A stretch of DNA of 18,124 bases. Origin: an uncultured delta proteobacterium. GTDB lineage: Bacteria > Myxococcota_A > Polyangia > Polyangiales > JAFGIB01. A model generated the notes under the pieces. It saw only the letters and a program-made list of their open reading frames with translations, was not told where the DNA came from and searched no databases. The translations under genes and the position numbers were made by a program. The stretch is from positions 1 to 18,124 of the forward strand of contig CAVZVA010000004.1 in assembly GCA_963778655.1 (NCBI GenBank), given 5' to 3'. This document shows, one piece after another, positions 15,206-18,124 of this stretch. Position 1 is the stretch's first letter. The number at the start of each line of letters is the position of its first letter.

Positions 15206-15259
15206 CGCGAGGTTCTTCTGCGTGGCCTCCATCCGGCGCTCGCATGCCGCCGCGGCGCG

Positions 15260-17053
15260 CTATTTCAGCGCGAACGGCAGCTGCGCCGCAGGCAGCGTGC
15301 GGCGCGTGCCCACGGCGGGTGGCGAGAGCCGCTCGAAGCCGCCGTCGAGCCAGGCGTAGAACACGAAGCTCGGGGCGTCGAGCGAGCGGTCGAAGCTGAA
15401 GCGCGCGCGCCGCGCGCGGCCGTCGGACGTCACCGCCAGCACCTCGATCTGCAGGCCCTGCAGGCTGACGCGCTCGCCCGGCGCCATGCGCAGGCGGCGG
15501 TCACGGTAGAGCTCGAGGAAGGGCGTGCCGAGGATGCCGCCCTCGTAATCGAGCTCGAGCGTGCGCGCGTCGGTACGCGTGACCACCACGCGCTGCGGCC
15601 CAAACGAGAGCGCGCGCCAGCGCCGCGCCAGCGGGCGCCGATCGATGCGGCGCGAGAGCTGCACCAGCTTGACCGCGAGGTAGTCCGGAGCGGTGAGGAA
15701 GACCACGTCGCGGCCGGCGAGCTCGTCGCCCACGCGCAGCGCGCCGTGCTGCAGCGCGCCGAAGATGGCGACGCCGCAAGTCGTCAGCGGCAGCAGCAGC
15801 GGCGACACGAGCAAGTGCATCGCGAGCAGCAGCGAGCCGAGCCGGTTCGACCACCGCAAGCCCAGCGACAGCGCCCGCGCGCGCAGCTCGATCGCGTACA
15901 TGTGCCAGAGCTGCGCGATTAACGCCATCGCGCCGAAGCTGGTGAACAGCAGCTGGCGGTTGTTGGGGTAGGTGCAGGCGGCCGGCAGCAGCGAGAGCAG
16001 CATCCCGGCAGCCCAGAAGCGCGCGACGCGGTCGCGCCGCAACAGCGGCCACAGCAAGAGCGCAAGGGTGGCAGCAAACAGCACCGCCGCGATCAACAGC
16101 GCGCGGGCGTGCTGCGGCAGCGCCACGTAGGCCTCGGCCGGCGGTAAGAGGAACTGACCGAGCAGCAGGATCGGGCCGCGCGCGAGCAAGAGCGACAGGA
16201 AGTGCAGCGGCTCGCGCGCCGGGTCGACGTAGGGACCCGAGCCGCTGGCGCCCAGCCCGGTGAGGTTGTAACAGGCGCGCCACAGCAGCGTGATCGCGAC
16301 GTACGGCAGCGCGGCACGCGCGCGCCGCAGCCAGGGGCCGCGCTGGGCGAGCAGCTCGTAGGCGATCAGATAGGCGCCGATCGCGATCGACGACTCGCCT
16401 GCGAGCAGCGCGAGCACGTAGAGCAGCGGCCCGGCCCAGGCCGCCGCGCGCCCCCCGCCGCTGCGCGCGCGGATGTGTTGGTCCAGGCAGAGCACGCCGA
16501 GCAGCGCCGCCACCAGCACGTAGCGGTTACAGATGTAGCCGACCTCGAAGCCGTGCGTGTGGTCGAAGGCGAACAAGAGCCCGGCCATGCCGCCAGCGAC
16601 TGGGCCGAGCAAGCCGCGGTACATGCGCGTGGTGGCGAGCACGAGCAACGCGAGCCACAGCAGGCTGTGGGCGTGCATGAGCACCGCGTTGCCCGGCCAC
16701 AACCAGGCGTCGAGCGCATGCGTCAGCACCCCGAGCGGCCGGAACAGGCGCAGCCGCAGGTGGTCGTAGATCCACCACGGCGCATAGCCGGCCTCAATCT
16801 GCCAGTGGTTGTGGGCGGGATTGCCGTCGGCGAGCCCGTAGCCACCCATGTAAATGTCGAACAGCCGCTTTGCGCCCGGAAGGCTGGAGTAGATGTAGCG
16901 AGCGACGAAGTCGTCGATGTAGAAGCCGAGGAACAGGCAGGGCGAGCTGAGCAGCAGCGCGACCAGCGCCAGCGCCCGCGGCAGGCGCGGCCGCTGCAGC
17001 AGCGCGACCAGCTTTGCCTCCGGCCCGCGCAGCGCGGCCCGCGGCTCATCCAT
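15260..17053 (-). CDS. Polytopic membrane protein, putative GT-C (TMTC/PMT-like) glycosyltransferase without TPRs
   Basis: TM1 is followed by di-acidic GFYIDDF, then LFRPL, HAHSLLW, HGFEVGYICNR and LLAGESS (cf. the KE motif), about 10-11 TM segments, and a soluble C-terminal domain of about 150 aa. Overlaps the UbiA gene by 8 nt. Confidence 0.7.
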   Translation of the reverse strand: MDEPRAALRGPEAKLVALLQRPRLPRALALVALLLSSPCLFLGFYIDDFVARYIYSSLPGAKRLFDIYMGGYGLADGNPAHNHWQIEAGYAPWWIYDHLRLRLFRPLGVLTHALDAWLWPGNAVLMHAHSLLWLALLVLATTRMYRGLLGPVAGGMAGLLFAFDHTHGFEVGYICNRYVLVAALLGVLCLDQHIRARSGGGRAAAWAGPLLYVLALLAGESSIAIGAYLIAYELLAQRGPWLRRARAALPYVAITLLWRACYNLTGLGASGSGPYVDPAREPLHFLSLLLARGPILLLGQFLLPPAEAYVALPQHARALLIAAVLFAATLALLLWPLLRRDRVARFWAAGMLLSLLPAACTYPNNRQLLFTSFGAMALIAQLWHMYAIELRARALSLGLRWSNRLGSLLLAMHLLVSPLLLPLTTCGVAIFGALQHGALRVGDELAGRDVVFLTAPDYLAVKLVQLSRRIDRRPLARRWRALSFGPQRVVVTRTDARTLELDYEGGILGTPFLELYRDRRLRMAPGERVSLQGLQIEVLAVTSDGRARRARFSFDRSLDAPSFVFYAWLDGGFERLSPPAVGTRRTLPAAQLPFALK

Positions 17054-17897
17054 GATGCGCGACGGGCCAGACCGACCCCAGCAAGCCCGCGCTGTGGCCG
17101 TACAGGTAGACCCACACGCACAGCACGAGCCACGCCACGCCGTAGACGAGCTTGATCTGCGTCCAGTAGCGCTCGACCCGGTCTGGCACGAAGGGCAGCA
17201 GCAGCGTGCAAGCGCTGATCACCGCCGCCAGCGGGTGCATGACCAGCAGCGCATAGACGCTCGAGACGAGCATCAGCACCCGCGCCAGCACGCGCGTGCG
17301 CGGCTGGCCCAGCACCACGCCCGTCGTACGCAGGCCCTCGGCGGCGTCCTGCTCGGCGTCGCGCATCACCTGCACGGTCTCGAACACGCCGGAGAACAAC
17401 CCGAGCTGCAGCACAAGCGCCAGGCCGAGCACGTTCTCGATCGGCGAGCCGCACAGCGGCATGGTCGCGCCCCAGATCATCATCGCCACGATGTCCCAGC
17501 CCGGCCTGCGCTTGAGCCGCGCGGAATACCACACGCAGCTGCCTCCGCCCGCGAACAGCGCCAGCAGCAGGCCGCGGTCGTGCGCCAGGCCCGCGGCCAC
17601 GAGCAGCGCCAGCAATATCCACTGCGCGCCAACCGCCGCGCGCATGTGCTCGGCCAGAAAGCGCGCCTTGTGCGCGTCCTTGTCGCTCGAGCGCAGGTCG
17701 GTCTGGATGTCGTGGTAGTCGTTGTTGAGATAGACCAGCACGTTGAGCACGAACGCAAACGCCGTGCGGTAGCCGACCTCGAGCCAGGGCAGCCGCAGCG
17801 CGATCGCGATCGAGACGGCGCCCGCGAGATTCGCCATCTCCAGCTTGCGCAGGCGGTAGACCACCACCCCGATCACGATTTTCAGCCCGGCGAGCAT
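17046..17897 (-). CDS. UbiA-superfamily membrane prenyltransferase
   Basis: First Asp-rich motif YLNNDYHDIQTD (NDxxDxxxD), YSARLKRRPGWD (YS..LK motif), second motif MRDAEQDAAEGLRT, about 8 TM helices. Confidence 0.85.
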   Translation of the reverse strand: MLAGLKIVIGVVVYRLRKLEMANLAGAVSIAIALRLPWLEVGYRTAFAFVLNVLVYLNNDYHDIQTDLRSSDKDAHKARFLAEHMRAAVGAQWILLALLVAAGLAHDRGLLLALFAGGGSCVWYSARLKRRPGWDIVAMMIWGATMPLCGSPIENVLGLALVLQLGLFSGVFETVQVMRDAEQDAAEGLRTTGVVLGQPRTRVLARVLMLVSSVYALLVMHPLAAVISACTLLLPFVPDRVERYWTQIKLVYGVAWLVLCVWVYLYGHSAGLLGSVWPVAHHG

Positions 17898-17907
17898 CGA
17901 TCGAGCG

Positions 17908-18124
17908 TTACCGCGGCTTGTCCGCCGAGAAGATGACGTAGTCGGTCAGCCCGGTGAGCTTCCACAGCTCCAGGCCGTAGCACTGGTCGATCTCCTCCTG
18001 GCTCAGGGAGCATCACCGCTTGCTGCATCGGCACGCCCTTGTTGCGCAGCGCCTGATACTTGATGCACCCGGGAAAGACGTAGTTGCGGATCGATTCGGC
18101 GCGCACATTGACGAAGCCGGTCGC
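17908..18124 (-). CDS. C-terminal part of a class I SAM-dependent methyltransferase, with apparent +1 frameshift near 18010; 5' end outside the window
   Basis: One frame from the edge reads ATGFVNVRAESIRNYVFPGCIKYQALRNKGVPMQQAV. From 18009 a second frame reads SLSQEEIDQCYGLELWKLTGLTDYVIFSADKPR-TAA (17910-17908). GFxxVxxESI...V.P and the terminal DYVIxxAxKP match natural-product O-methyltransferases of the EryG type. The SAM-binding motif itself is not in the window. Confidence 0.7.

Noticed and set aside
17046..17897. Assigning ubiA, menA or cyoE
   Set aside because: Only superfamily-level motifs are present, and the context is not a quinone or heme O operon.
17882..18106. 74-aa stand-alone small ORF from the track
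   Set aside because: It is a chimera of the true methyltransferase frame and out-of-frame sequence after the ~18010 indel.
1..18124. tRNA/rRNA genes, transposases, integrases, phage or defence genes, low-GC islands
   Set aside because: No recognisable motifs. Intergenic gaps are short and base composition looks uniform by eye.

Overview
Very GC-rich bacterial DNA, most likely from a myxobacterium (Myxococcota). This is inferred from the Cys-rich lipoprotein, the vWA lipoprotein with DAG-rich linkers and the CFI-box-CTERM protein. There are 11 real CDSs, two cut by the window edges; most other ORFs in the track are antisense or off-frame shadows. Left to right: an osmoprotectant (Opu/ProU-type) ABC binding-protein/permease fusion (partial) and its ATPase (-); a polytopic membrane protein with GT-C glycosyltransferase-like motifs (-); a divergent lipase maturation factor (LMF) family protein with a ~300-aa C-terminal extension (+); a lipoprotein made of twelve 6-Cys repeats and a vWA/MIDAS lipoprotein in one operon (-); an FtsX/MacB-type permease with no adjacent ATPase (+); a secreted DUF2271-like/FN3/CFI-box-CTERM protein (-); and a tight operon of SAM methyltransferase (partial, apparent 1-bp frameshift at ~18010), UbiA-family prenyltransferase and a second GT-C-like membrane protein (-). 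I saw no RNA genes, CRISPR arrays or mobile elements. The window reads as a cell-envelope region in which candidate membrane-bound modifying enzymes sit next to candidate surface substrates. All family assignments come from motif recognition by eye, not from database searches.
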